A stretch of DNA of 64,000 nt from Deferribacterales bacterium. GTDB lineage: Bacteria > Chrysiogenota > Deferribacteres > Deferribacterales > Geovibrionaceae. Below are positions 40,240 through 50,221 of the stretch, piece after piece. Below the pieces are notes generated by a model that saw nothing but the letters and a program-made list of their open reading frames with translations, was not told where the DNA came from and did no database searches. A program made the position numbers and the translations under genes. Position 1 is the first letter of the stretch. The number at the start of each line of letters is the position of its first letter. The stretch lies in the NCBI GenBank assembly GCA_050253075.1, contig JBFWJS010000003.1:213458-277457 (forward strand). Reading direction: 5' to 3'.

Positions 40240-41450
40240 CAGTCCTTCAGCGTACTTATGTATTCTATGAGAGCTTTTATCTGCTCGTCATCCAGATAGT
40301 CATACGGAGGCATAGACTCGTCAAAGCCTTCGACGATATATTCAGCCGGATGTGTTATCGAGCTTATGATGTATCTCGTATCCGCTTTAAGCTGAATCTT
40401 CTCGCCGTCTTTCACCGCTGTGACGTCTCTGTCTATCAGGTTTTTGAAGCTAGGCCCCACGAGGACACTGCCGTCGTCGGAGTGGCATCCCATACAGCCT
40501 TCGTTCTCGGCTATGACACGTCCTTTCTCACCCGGCTTGTCTACTTTGACACCGCCGTTTTTAAAGAACTCTATGAGCTTTGTCATATCCTCTTCGGAGA
40601 CAACGCCTTCGTATGGTGGCATCATATCTTCATAGTTTTTGACTATTTCGGATGAAGGGTCGTATATCGCCTTTCTGATGTAGGCATCGTCGGCTGAGAC
40701 GGTTTTTTCACCTTCAGGTGTGACGATGACTGTCTCTCTGCCGTAGATGTCTTTCAGCGTCGGTCCTACGAGCTCTGTGCCGTCTATGCTGTGACAGTCG
40801 AGGCATCCCTGAGTCTCGAGTATGGTCACTGCCTCAGGCTTTGCATCGTCTGCTGCCGTGTCGCTTGCGGATACCCACTGCTCATACTCTTCCTGCGGAA
40901 CAACAACGACCTTCGACAGCATGAAAGCGTGCCTTACGCCGCAGTATTCGGCGCAGAGGATGTCGTACTCTGCCTTATCTCCTGAGTTAAACCACACGTA
41001 TGTCTGCATGCCGGGCACAGTGTCCATCTTTATGCGGTATGCAGGTACATAAAAGCTGTGTATGACGTCCACGGATGTCATATCGAGTTTCACGGGAGTG
41101 TTCTCGGGTACATAGAGCTCTTTGGAGGTCTTACCGTTAGGGTATTCGAACTTCCAGCTCCACATACGGGCAGTCACTTTCACTTCCATAGAGTCGGCAG
41201 GCGCATCACGCAGACCTTTGTATCCCTCCCATCCGAACCAGAACATAGCCAGTACGATGAGGGTAGGGATGATCGTCCATGTGAGCTCCGCCACAACATT
41301 ACCTTCTATCTCAGAAGCCTCTGGGTGCTTCTTATGATGATATTTAAAAAGGAAATAAACGGCTACGAGTGTTATCAGTATCATTATGGCAAATGAAATG
41401 CCGAAGATGAACTGAAACGCCGTGTCCACTTTGCTTATTGTTTCTAACAT
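40239..41450 (-). CDS. coxB: Cytochrome c oxidase subunit II with two fused cytochrome c domains
   Basis: CuA ligands DVIHSF and CAEYCGVRHAFM; CLDCH and CMGCH, each followed by a MPPY Met ligand. Confidence 0.95.
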   Translation of the reverse strand: MLETISKVDTAFQFIFGISFAIMILITLVAVYFLFKYHHKKHPEASEIEGNVVAELTWTIIPTLIVLAMFWFGWEGYKGLRDAPADSMEVKVTARMWSWKFEYPNGKTSKELYVPENTPVKLDMTSVDVIHSFYVPAYRIKMDTVPGMQTYVWFNSGDKAEYDILCAEYCGVRHAFMLSKVVVVPQEEYEQWVSASDTAADDAKPEAVTILETQGCLDCHSIDGTELVGPTLKDIYGRETVIVTPEGEKTVSADDAYIRKAIYDPSSEIVKNYEDMMPPYEGVVSEEDMTKLIEFFKNGGVKVDKPGEKGRVIAENEGCMGCHSDDGSVLVGPSFKNLIDRDVTAVKDGEKIQLKADTRYIISSITHPAEYIVEGFDESMPPYDYLDDEQIKALIEYISTLKD

Positions 41451-41457
41451 CTTACAC

Positions 41458-41745
41458 CTACCTGTATGCCACGTCGAAGAACGTCATGCCGATGAATATC
41501 GCCAGTATCAGAAAGCAGATGAACACGAACAGCTTAAGCGTGCGGTTCTCATACTTCAGATGCATGAAGAACAGTATGACGAAGAGCGACTTTGTTGTGG
41601 CCAGTGCAAGGGCAACGGCAACATTCATGAAGCCGAGGTCTATCCTTGATACGCCGACGGTTACGGCTGTCAGAAAAAGGAGCATAGCGAGTACAGCAGA
41701 GGCTGTCTTCACGCTCATGATATGATGATTTTCTTTATGTCCCAT
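41458..41745 (-). CDS. Cytochrome c oxidase subunit IV
   Basis: 3 TM, K..V.LFFMHLKYE motif. Confidence 0.88.
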   Translation of the reverse strand: MGHKENHHIMSVKTASAVLAMLLFLTAVTVGVSRIDLGFMNVAVALALATTKSLFVILFFMHLKYENRTLKLFVFICFLILAIFIGMTFFDVAYR

Positions 41746-41757
41746 TTCATGCCTCCT

Positions 41758-42357
41758 TTATATGACCAGGTAAAACAGCGGGAAGAGGAATATCCATATA
41801 AGGTCAACCAGGTGCCAGTAGAGCCCTGCGTTTTCCAGCATAACGAAATCCTCGCTGTTTACTCTGCCTTTTTTCATAAAGTAGATCACAAAGCTGATCA
41901 CTACTCCGCCTATGATGACGTGGAGTCCGTGCAGACCCGTCATCAGGAAATACAGCCCGAAGAAGATTATCTCACCCTTTGGCAGCGTGAGCAGGTGCTC
42001 AGAGTTTGGATAAATGCCGTGGTGAAACTTTGCGCTCCACTCAAAGCCTTTGTTAACCAAAAAGAGCAGTGCCATGAATATCGTCAGGTAAGAGAACATT
42101 ATGGCCTTCTTCTGCATGCCCCGCTGAAGGAAAGATATGGCGAGAGCCACAAAGTAACTGGATATAAGCAGCACGACAGTGTTCAGACCGCCGATGAAAG
42201 CATCCAGCTCTTTTCCCGCTTCGTGGTATTCCGTCGGGTATTTCGAAAGGTATACCGAATAGAGCACAAACATTCCGCCGAAAAGGAGCACTTCCGTAAA
42301 GAGGAAGAGCCACATGCCGAGTTTTGCGCCCTGATAGTCTTTATGAACGTTACTCAT
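41758..42357 (-). CDS. coxC: Cytochrome c oxidase subunit III
   Basis: KLGMWLFLFTE, NTVVLLISS, MTGLHGLHV, GLYWHLVDLIW. Confidence 0.93.
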   Translation of the reverse strand: MSNVHKDYQGAKLGMWLFLFTEVLLFGGMFVLYSVYLSKYPTEYHEAGKELDAFIGGLNTVVLLISSYFVALAISFLQRGMQKKAIMFSYLTIFMALLFLVNKGFEWSAKFHHGIYPNSEHLLTLPKGEIIFFGLYFLMTGLHGLHVIIGGVVISFVIYFMKKGRVNSEDFVMLENAGLYWHLVDLIWIFLFPLFYLVI

Positions 42358-43978
42358 CTCTTTCAACCCCCTTATAATTGTAAGGGCCTTTTGAGGTGTC
42401 AGGCTCTTTGTCAAAGTTTAAAAGAGGCGGAGGCGAAGGGATGAACCACTCGAGGGTTGCACCGCCCCAAGGGTTTCTTCCGCATTTTGGTCCGCTCTTT
42501 ATGCCTCTGTAGAGGTTATAGAACATAAGGATGATGCCCACCGCCAGTATCCACGAGCCTATGGTGGAGATAAGGTGTCCGTTGGTGTACTGAGGGAGAT
42601 AGTCATAATATCTCCTCGGCATACCCTGAAGCCCGATGATGAAAAGCGGGAAGTACAGCAGGTTGAAGCCTATCATGAGGATTGTCCATGCTGTTGTCGC
42701 TACGTTCTTGTTATACATACGTCCGTATATCTTCGGAAACCAGAAGTGCATAGCACCGAAAAGCCCGAAGCCTGTACCGCCGAATATCACATAGTGGAAG
42801 TGGCTGACTACGAAGTATGTGTCGTGTACGTGTACGTCTGTACCGGCAGAGCCGAGTACCAGACCTGTGAGACCGCCTATGGAAAAGAGGAATATGAATC
42901 CCAGTGCGTAGAGCAGAGGCGGCTCGATGAATATAGAGCCTTTATAAAGCGTCGCCACCCAGTTAAAGACCTTTATGGCCGAAGGTATGGCAACGATGAA
43001 TGTCAGCAGGGAGAAAATCATGACCGCAGTGTCGCTCATGCCCGATGTGAACATGTGGTGAGCCCATACGAGAGAGCCAGCAAATGCTATCATCAGGGAT
43101 GAAAATGCGATGGCCTTGTATCCGAAGATAGGCTTACGTGCGAATACGGGGATGATCTCGCTCACAACACCCATAGCGGGCAGAACCATGATGTAAACCG
43201 CTGGGTGGGAGTATATCCAGAAAAGGTGCTGGTAAAGGATAGGGTCGCCCCCCTTCGCAGGGTCAAAGAGACCGACACCGAGGATACGCTCTGCCATGAT
43301 CAGCAGCACCGTGATACCGAGTACGGGAGTAGCCAGAACCTGTATCCACCCGGTAGCATAAAGCGACCATGTGAAAAGGGACAGCTTCTTCCATCCGAGC
43401 CCGGGGGCACGCAGACGGTGGATCGTGGTGATAAAGTTCAGACCTGTAAGGATGGATGAGAATCCAAGTATAAAAACGGCAAACACGGCAGTGTTTACGT
43501 TTGTAGTGGTGAACTCGCTGAAAGGCACATAGAATGTCCATCCCGTATCAGGAGGTCCGTCGCCTGTGAAAAGCGAAAGTATCGCCAGCAGAGTACCGAT
43601 AACATACAGCCACCATGAGAGCAGGTTAAGCCGTGGGAAAGCCACATCCTCCGCACCAAGCTGTATAGGCATGATGATGTTTCCGAATGCCGCAGGAATG
43701 CTCGGTATCACCACGATGAAGATCATGATAACCCCGTGCAGTGTGAATACGGCATTATAGGTCTGTGCGTCCATTATTGTCCTGCCCGGAGCGATGAGCT
43801 CCAGCCTGATGGCGAGCCCGAGGCACAGGCCGATAATAAACATTCCGAGCACCATATAAAGATACATAAGTCCGATGCGCTTATGGTCTGTGGACAGTAT
43901 CCAGCTTAGGATACCTTTTCTGTTACTGCCCGAATCTTCAAAGAATGTCGGAAGTGGGGAATTCGTTCCGTTTTGCAT
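42350..43978 (-). CDS. coxA: Cytochrome c oxidase subunit I (A2 type)
   Basis: STDHKRIG, TLHG, WIYSHPAVY (YS motif of A2), WAHHMF, HFHYV, GMPRRY. Confidence 0.96.
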   Translation of the reverse strand: MQNGTNSPLPTFFEDSGSNRKGILSWILSTDHKRIGLMYLYMVLGMFIIGLCLGLAIRLELIAPGRTIMDAQTYNAVFTLHGVIMIFIVVIPSIPAAFGNIIMPIQLGAEDVAFPRLNLLSWWLYVIGTLLAILSLFTGDGPPDTGWTFYVPFSEFTTTNVNTAVFAVFILGFSSILTGLNFITTIHRLRAPGLGWKKLSLFTWSLYATGWIQVLATPVLGITVLLIMAERILGVGLFDPAKGGDPILYQHLFWIYSHPAVYIMVLPAMGVVSEIIPVFARKPIFGYKAIAFSSLMIAFAGSLVWAHHMFTSGMSDTAVMIFSLLTFIVAIPSAIKVFNWVATLYKGSIFIEPPLLYALGFIFLFSIGGLTGLVLGSAGTDVHVHDTYFVVSHFHYVIFGGTGFGLFGAMHFWFPKIYGRMYNKNVATTAWTILMIGFNLLYFPLFIIGLQGMPRRYYDYLPQYTNGHLISTIGSWILAVGIILMFYNLYRGIKSGPKCGRNPWGGATLEWFIPSPPPLLNFDKEPDTSKGPYNYKGVERDE

Positions 43979-43990
43979 AATTGAACCCCG

Positions 43991-44914
43991 TTATTTTCTT
44001 TTTTTGCCGCCGAAAAATAAAAATCCGGCAAATATAAAAAGGACAGTCAGGACAACGAATCCTGAAACCTTCATTACATTAAATACATACTTCTTGCCCT
44101 CAGGGTCGTAGTTGAAACAGTATGCGACGAGCTTTTTAACGCTCAGTCCTGTCTGTTCCTTACCTGCTTCCACTGCGGCCATTGTCAGCTCAAACGGTAG
44201 AATGTCCGTGCCGTAGAGGTATCTGACGATCTTGCCAGTGGGGGATACCGCCATGACGGCCACAGGGTGAGCGAAGTCTTTGCCCCTGCGTAGGAAGCGG
44301 AAGCCGACGGACTCAGTGAATTTGAGGATATTCTCTCTATCGCCCGATAAAAAGAGCCATGCCTCTGGAGGGATCTTGCCGTCTGCGGCTTTCATATAGT
44401 TGACCTTTTTCTTCGCTGCTATTTCAGGAGTATCGTTCTCGTCGAAACTGATAGATACCACCTGAAAGTCTTTCCCCGGTGTCAGTTTTACCTGTGGGAC
44501 GACATCGGCGAGGCTGGTCTGCAGAAAGTTGCACACATTCGGACAGTCGTAATAAACAGGCGCGAAAATGGTCGGCTTATTTATGATGTCAGAGAGCTTT
44601 ATGGTCTCTCCTGTGGATGTAGTGAAAACTGCATCCTGATCGACATATTCACCGAGCTTTTCTGTTACGCCTATTTTGGTCTGTTCCTCTACCGTGGCTT
44701 CTTTATGTACGTGCTCAGGCGAATCCATATCCATGTCTTCGTGGTCTGCATGCTCGTCCATTTCCTCGGCTTTTACCATGTCTTGACTGCCGTGGTCAGA
44801 CATCTCGGCCTTATCGCCGTGCCCCGTATGCTCAGTTTCGTTCATGGCATAGGCTGGGAGGTACAGCGATATTGTCAGTAATAAAACTGCTAAAAAGATA
44901 ATCTTATTTCGCAT
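43991..44914 (-). CDS. SCO-family copper chaperone with His/Met-rich N-terminus
   Basis: YYDCPNVC CxxxC, FAHP His, signal peptide, C-terminal TM. Confidence 0.9.
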   Translation of the reverse strand: MRNKIIFLAVLLLTISLYLPAYAMNETEHTGHGDKAEMSDHGSQDMVKAEEMDEHADHEDMDMDSPEHVHKEATVEEQTKIGVTEKLGEYVDQDAVFTTSTGETIKLSDIINKPTIFAPVYYDCPNVCNFLQTSLADVVPQVKLTPGKDFQVVSISFDENDTPEIAAKKKVNYMKAADGKIPPEAWLFLSGDRENILKFTESVGFRFLRRGKDFAHPVAVMAVSPTGKIVRYLYGTDILPFELTMAAVEAGKEQTGLSVKKLVAYCFNYDPEGKKYVFNVMKVSGFVVLTVLFIFAGFLFFGGKKRK

Positions 44915-44921
44915 AAGCAAA

Positions 44922-45227
44922 TTAGAATTTAGAGATATATTCGGCTACTGCTTTTATCTCGGCTTCAGACAATCTCTTTGCCTGACCTGCCATGATAGCC
45001 TTTTTCTCTCCGCCGTATGTGCCGTCAGCGTAGCCTTTCAGCTTTTTCTCAAGGTCCGCTGCGGACTGGCCTTTAACCACTGCAGAGGCGATCTTCATAG
45101 CTGCTGTTGATCCGTCAGCGCCGTGGCAGCCTTTGCATTTGGCATAGATTGATGCTCCGTCTGCCGAAGCGATGGCAAACATTGCGATGGACAGGATGAA
45201 AGTCAAAGTTATAACTGTTTTTTTCAT
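44922..45227 (-). CDS. Monoheme cytochrome c553
   Basis: Signal peptide, [26 protein letters not shown]. Confidence 0.92.
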   Translation of the reverse strand: MKKTVITLTFILSIAMFAIASADGASIYAKCKGCHGADGSTAAMKIASAVVKGQSAADLEKKLKGYADGTYGGEKKAIMAGQAKRLSEAEIKAVAEYISKF

Positions 45228-45341
45228 AATACACCTCAATAAAAAAACTAATACGTATTACACAAGTATTAACCTCTAAACGTGAACAGTCAACTGAAGT
45301 TATCATGTTGATTGAAACTTGTATCTATTATTTATAGTATT

Positions 45342-45971
45342 TTACATCAAATCCAGTACGGCTGATGTCATCTCAAAACTGTCGTTTTTCAGACCGTGTT
45401 CACCCAGTGCCGATGCGAGGGCGATGAACGCTGTGTCCATAACGCTCTTTTGCATAATATTCATAGGTATCAATATGTTTTCATTCAGTGCAAGCATGGT
45501 CATAGCCTCTTTGCATGCACCTGAATCAGCCGATGTAACAGACCTGCATATGAGCGGACGGACGGGGTATATGTCGCATGCTCCTTTTTCATTAAGAAAT
45601 GCACACGGTTTGTTTGCGAGTATCCTTTCATCTTCTTCGAGATATTTAATGTGTTTTGCTAAAGTTTTCATTTTGAATATCTGTTCGTCGAGCTCGGGGT
45701 CTGCTTTTGTCTTCATAAGAAAGTTTTTTATGATGACGGCCTCAGGCATCAGAACAGACACATTAACCCGACAGCATGTGGAGCATCCTGCCTTGCAGTC
45801 CATATGCTTCAGCTCTGCTTCGGAAACGTTCTTTTCGGCGTAAGCCTCTGCTTTTTCAAAGATTTCCTGCATCATCATGCACAGGTTAAGCTCCGCTTTC
45901 GGGCTGGATAGATAGGATTTGGCGATATTCTTAATCTCTCCGCTAAGTTCTTCAATATTATTTCTAATCAT
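45342..45971 (-). CDS. YkgJ-family cysteine-cluster protein
   Basis: CKAGCSTCC, CAFL..GACDIYPVRPLICR; AAGGA RBS before 45971. Confidence 0.88.
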   Translation of the reverse strand: MIRNNIEELSGEIKNIAKSYLSSPKAELNLCMMMQEIFEKAEAYAEKNVSEAELKHMDCKAGCSTCCRVNVSVLMPEAVIIKNFLMKTKADPELDEQIFKMKTLAKHIKYLEEDERILANKPCAFLNEKGACDIYPVRPLICRSVTSADSGACKEAMTMLALNENILIPMNIMQKSVMDTAFIALASALGEHGLKNDSFEMTSAVLDLM

Positions 45972-46058
45972 TTGTATATGTCCTTGTTTAAGGGTAACAA
46001 GGCAGGAGAGGGGTTTCAAGGGAAGATTGATGTTTAAAATATTAACTATAGGTAAATG

Positions 46059-47630
46059 CTATGCGTCTTCATCTTCTTCAAAGTTTTTACTGCATTGAAG
46101 CTGTCTCGGGATGTGCAGGGTGAAAGTAGAGCCCTTGTCCACTTCGGATGTGATGTCCAGCTTTCCGTTGTGTCCTTCTATGATGCGTCTCACTATGGAG
46201 AGACCGAGCCCCGTGCCGGAGAACTGTGCTTTCACGTTTGTTCCTCTGTAGAAGCGTTCGGTGACCTTTGCTATCTCTGCTTCGGGGATGCCTGCGCCTG
46301 TGTCGGAGACATGCAGCTGCTTATGGGTTTCATTGTCTGTGTAGCTTATCTTTATGCTTCCGCCGTGTTTGTTGAATTTTACGGCATTGGATATAAGGTT
46401 TGTCACCACATGCTTGAACGATTCGCCGTCCACGCACAGGAATGACTCGTCAGGGATGTTTATTTCGATACTCAGGTTTTTATCTGCGATGTCTTTCTCG
46501 TGGAGCTGTATCATATCCTCTACCATATTCTTTATCTCCACAGGGATAAAGTGGTAAGGGTGCTGGTTACTTTCGAGTCGGGAGAGGGTGATTATTTCGC
46601 TGAAAAGTGTGTTCAGCAGCTTTGCACTGCGGTTTACTGCATCGAGGGATTTCGTCCTCATCTCCAGATTACAGTCCAGCCCCTGCTGTTTTAAAAGGTC
46701 AGAGTATGCGATTATCTTTGTCAGCGGTGTCCTCAGCTCGTGGGAGAGCGAGTCCAGTATGTCTGTTTTGAATATATTGACGCTTTTCAGCTCTTCGTTT
46801 CTCTCTCTCAGAGCTTCCATTGCGGATGTGTACTGGGATGAAACTTTCCTTAGCTCGGCTTTCAGATGGTCTTCATTTTCAAGGATGCTGTGACGCATCA
46901 CTTCGAATGCTTCTGCAAGCTCCTCTATTTCGTCCCCCGTTTTTACATTGAGCTGATGGGAAAAGTCCCCCTCTTTATATGATGATGCCGCTTTGGTCAG
47001 GTTGTCTATGTTTTTGAGTACGACAGCTTTCAGCAGGAAGACCATAGTGACGACTATCCCGAAGAATGAGAATATCCCCACCATGAAGTAGTTCCGGTTG
47101 TTCTGCTCAATTGCTGCCTCTATCTCCTGCATAGGCAGGGTTATGGATATACCTCCACGGAGGTCTCCCACCTGATACCCCTGATAGTCGTGGCATTCGA
47201 GACACGCTTCATTTACATACAGCGGAGCCATATATCTGTAATAGTTCTGATCCCTCATTCTTACCACTTCGCTGTATTCCCTGTTGTTTGCCGTGCGGAA
47301 TTTATGCATGGCCCTCAGCTCGAAGTCGTCAGGGGCATTATCGGGGTTTATCAGCATGTCGCTGGTGATGTGAAAGCGGAAATCTGTCATTACCTTTGCA
47401 TATTCAGAGAGCTCTTTTGTAGCCACAGCGGGGACGGGGACTATCTCATCCCTGTTTTCGGCGACCCATTGCCTTGTGACCACGAGCATTTTGAAGAGGG
47501 TCTTTGCCTGTGCATGAGCCTGCTGCATGAGAAGCTCTTTCTGGCTGACCCAGAAGAAATTTATACTGGCAAGCACGATGATAATTGTGACAATAGTAAC
47601 GCTTAATATCAGTTTGCCGGTTAGTTTCAT
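46059..47630 (-). CDS. Sensor histidine kinase with periplasmic heme c-binding (DUF3365/Tll0287-like) domain
   Basis: NPDNAPDDFE..YRYMAPL..ACLECH..GYQVGDLRGGISI between two TMs; HAMP; LSHELRTPL; GTGLGLSIV. Confidence 0.9.
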   Translation of the reverse strand: MKLTGKLILSVTIVTIIIVLASINFFWVSQKELLMQQAHAQAKTLFKMLVVTRQWVAENRDEIVPVPAVATKELSEYAKVMTDFRFHITSDMLINPDNAPDDFELRAMHKFRTANNREYSEVVRMRDQNYYRYMAPLYVNEACLECHDYQGYQVGDLRGGISITLPMQEIEAAIEQNNRNYFMVGIFSFFGIVVTMVFLLKAVVLKNIDNLTKAASSYKEGDFSHQLNVKTGDEIEELAEAFEVMRHSILENEDHLKAELRKVSSQYTSAMEALRERNEELKSVNIFKTDILDSLSHELRTPLTKIIAYSDLLKQQGLDCNLEMRTKSLDAVNRSAKLLNTLFSEIITLSRLESNQHPYHFIPVEIKNMVEDMIQLHEKDIADKNLSIEINIPDESFLCVDGESFKHVVTNLISNAVKFNKHGGSIKISYTDNETHKQLHVSDTGAGIPEAEIAKVTERFYRGTNVKAQFSGTGLGLSIVRRIIEGHNGKLDITSEVDKGSTFTLHIPRQLQCSKNFEEDEDA

Positions 47631-48343
47631 TTCTTTATTTTATACCCTACGCCTGAGACAGTTTTAACTATGTCAGGGTTCTTCGGGTTTATCTCTATCT
47701 TCTGGCGCAGGTTTTTGATGTGTACATCAAGGCTGCGTGACCATGAATAGATAGAGTTTTTCCCCCATATATCATTTACTATATTATCTCTGGAGAGAAC
47801 CTGTCCCGCCTTACCTATGAAATAGAGCAGGATGTCGTATTCCTTCGGAGTGAGGTTCAGCTTCTCTTCGTTTACAAAAACCTGCCTGCTGGCTTTATCT
47901 ATCAGCAGGTGATGGAATGTGATGCTCTCTTCCGTGTCGCCGTTTGCGCTTTGGTCGCTCTTTTCCGTACGGCGGAGAATAGCCTTTACCCTTGCTATCA
48001 GCTCTATGTTCTCAAAAGGCTTTGTCATATAGTCGTCAGCGCCGTATTCGAGGCAGACAACTTTATCAGACACATTATCTCTGGCGGAGAGGATGAGTAT
48101 AGGCACGTCCAGCTCGCCTCTGATTATCTTACATATCTGCTGTCCGTTTATATCGGGCAGGTTAAGGTCGAGGATGATCAGGTCAGGCGTCTTTTCCCTC
48201 GCAAGGGCAAGGCCTGTAATGCCGTTCGGTGCTGTGCTCACGTCATAGTTTTCCAGCGATAGGAGCAGCCTCAGCACCTCTAAGATATCCGGATCGTCGT
48301 CGATGACCAGAACTTTCGAGTTCGTATTTATATTCATATTCAT
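47627..48343 (-). CDS. OmpR-family response regulator
   Basis: VIDDD, LDLNLP, GADDYMTKPF, LTPKEY, LDVHIKNLRQK; ATGA overlap with the kinase. Confidence 0.94.
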   Translation of the reverse strand: MNMNINTNSKVLVIDDDPDILEVLRLLLSLENYDVSTAPNGITGLALAREKTPDLIILDLNLPDINGQQICKIIRGELDVPILILSARDNVSDKVVCLEYGADDYMTKPFENIELIARVKAILRRTEKSDQSANGDTEESITFHHLLIDKASRQVFVNEEKLNLTPKEYDILLYFIGKAGQVLSRDNIVNDIWGKNSIYSWSRSLDVHIKNLRQKIEINPKNPDIVKTVSGVGYKIKK

Positions 48344-48514
48344 TTGGCAACCTTTAATAAACTCTATTTGTTTTACACCATTATATTAAATTTTTGTCTG
48401 TTAAAAAAGTAAAGATGACTTCTTTACGACATTTACATTTGTGCAACATATTTTACACCTTCTTTTAATTCTTATCTTTATGATTTGCTTTAGTTACATC
48501 AGGAGGTATTCTAA

Positions 48515-50143
48515 ATGAGAAAGTATTCATTTTTGCCGAAAGCAGGACTTTTTCTGATCGCAATGGTGATGATGCTTGTAGCCAGCACAGCAATGGCTGT
48601 GACATACAAAGACATCGAACTCGATGCCGAATCAAAGAAATGTGTTACCTGCCACGAGAAAGAGCGTATCGCTCCTAAGGTTCACGACCAGTATGCTGAA
48701 AGCAAGCATGCTCAGAACGGCGTTGGCTGTCTTGACTGTCACTCTGCCGAAAAAGGAGATTTCGACGCTTTTGCTAAGAACGGCCACCCGGTCGTAGCTT
48801 CCCACCCTACACCGAAAGACTGCGCAAGCTGTCACGAGAAAGAGGTTGAGGAGCACACAAAATCTAAGCACGCTTACCCATTCTGGCTTTACGCTGCAGC
48901 TGACAGAGCTGTATTCGAGCCTATCATCGGTACAAAGCAGGGCTGTGAAGCTTGTCACAACCTTTCAGCTATGTGGCCTGACGGATCAGTCGGTGAGTGC
49001 GATATATGTCACACAAAACACTCTTTCGACGTATCTGTAGCACGTAACCCTAACACATGCGGTGAGTGCCACCTTGGTCCTGACCACCCGCAAAAAGAGA
49101 TCTACTATGAATCTAAGCACGGTAACATCTTCGCTGCTAAAGGCGGAAACTGGGACCTCAGCTATGACTCTTCTGAAGTAGACAGAATCCCAATAGAAGC
49201 ACCTGTATGTTCTACATGTCACATGGACGCAGTTCCCGGAACAAAAGTGAAATCTACTCACAACGTTTCAGAGCGTCTCGCTTGGGAAGCTCAGGCTCCA
49301 TGGTCATACAGAACTATCTGGTTTGAAGAAGAGCTCGGCTCATGGGAGCAGAAAGCAGACCGTATGAAAACAGTATGCTACACATGTCACGCTCCTACAT
49401 TCATAGACGAATACATTCTTGCTTACGACCTCGTAAACCTTCAGTACAACGAGATCCGCAGACAGTTCGTATACTGGACAAAGAAATATGAAGCAGCAGG
49501 ACTCATCAAAGTTCTCAAAGATGAAATAGTAGCAACAGGCGAAACAAAACAGTTCTCTAACACTGTACTCAACGCTTCTTGGTACACAGCTGCATCTGAG
49601 ATCATGTACAACTCATGGCACCACGAAGGTAGAAGATTCCGTATGGGTTCCGCTATGGCTGCTGCAGACTATGTTCAGTGGCACGGTATCTGGGAACTCC
49701 AGCACAACCTTCAGGAAATGATCGCTTGGGGTGCTGAGCACGGTATCGAAGAAGCTAAGAAGATCTACGAGTCTGATTCTCCGGCTAAGTTCTTCACATA
49801 CAAGCTCTACGATATGCCTGGTTCACTCTACGCTGTAGTTACACCTGAGCAGTACTCTGTTCCTGCACTTTACAAAATAGTGCCTGACTACTGGCCAAAA
49901 GTTAAAGCTAACGTTGAAACTGCTTACAAAGCAGGCATGATCACTAAAGCTGCATGGGAACTTTGGCTGAACAGATACAACAACATGGATAAATACATGG
50001 GTACAGAATACCCAGTGCATCCAGTCTACAAAGACTACGATGAAAGAAGAAAGAAAGAGCTCGTTGGTCCTGACTCTGCTCTGTCTAAAGTGATCGGACT
50101 TAAACTCCCATCACCATCACCGGCAGAAGAACTGATCAAGTAA
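48515..50143 (+). CDS. Periplasmic octaheme cytochrome c, hydroxylamine oxidoreductase fold (epsilon-Hao-like)
   Basis: Signal peptide; eight CxxCH (CVTCH, CLDCH, CASCH, CEACH, CDICH, CGECH, CSTCH, CYTCH); CHLGPDHPQKEIYYESKHG; HHEGRRFRMG..DYVQWHG; AGGAGG RBS. Confidence 0.9.
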   Translation: MRKYSFLPKAGLFLIAMVMMLVASTAMAVTYKDIELDAESKKCVTCHEKERIAPKVHDQYAESKHAQNGVGCLDCHSAEKGDFDAFAKNGHPVVASHPTPKDCASCHEKEVEEHTKSKHAYPFWLYAAADRAVFEPIIGTKQGCEACHNLSAMWPDGSVGECDICHTKHSFDVSVARNPNTCGECHLGPDHPQKEIYYESKHGNIFAAKGGNWDLSYDSSEVDRIPIEAPVCSTCHMDAVPGTKVKSTHNVSERLAWEAQAPWSYRTIWFEEELGSWEQKADRMKTVCYTCHAPTFIDEYILAYDLVNLQYNEIRRQFVYWTKKYEAAGLIKVLKDEIVATGETKQFSNTVLNASWYTAASEIMYNSWHHEGRRFRMGSAMAAADYVQWHGIWELQHNLQEMIAWGAEHGIEEAKKIYESDSPAKFFTYKLYDMPGSLYAVVTPEQYSVPALYKIVPDYWPKVKANVETAYKAGMITKAAWELWLNRYNNMDKYMGTEYPVHPVYKDYDERRKKELVGPDSALSKVIGLKLPSPSPAEELIK

Positions 50144-50166
50144 GCGAACTTTCGCTAAGATAAATT

Positions 50167-50194
50167 GCGGGGGGCTTAACCGCCCTCCGCTTTA
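50167..50194 (+). terminator. Intercistronic hairpin / partial terminator
   Basis: GCGGGGGGC-TTAACC-GCCCTCCGC then TTTA. Confidence 0.6.
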
Positions 50195-50221
50195 TAAAAA
50201 CTCTAAGAAGAGGAGTATGAA

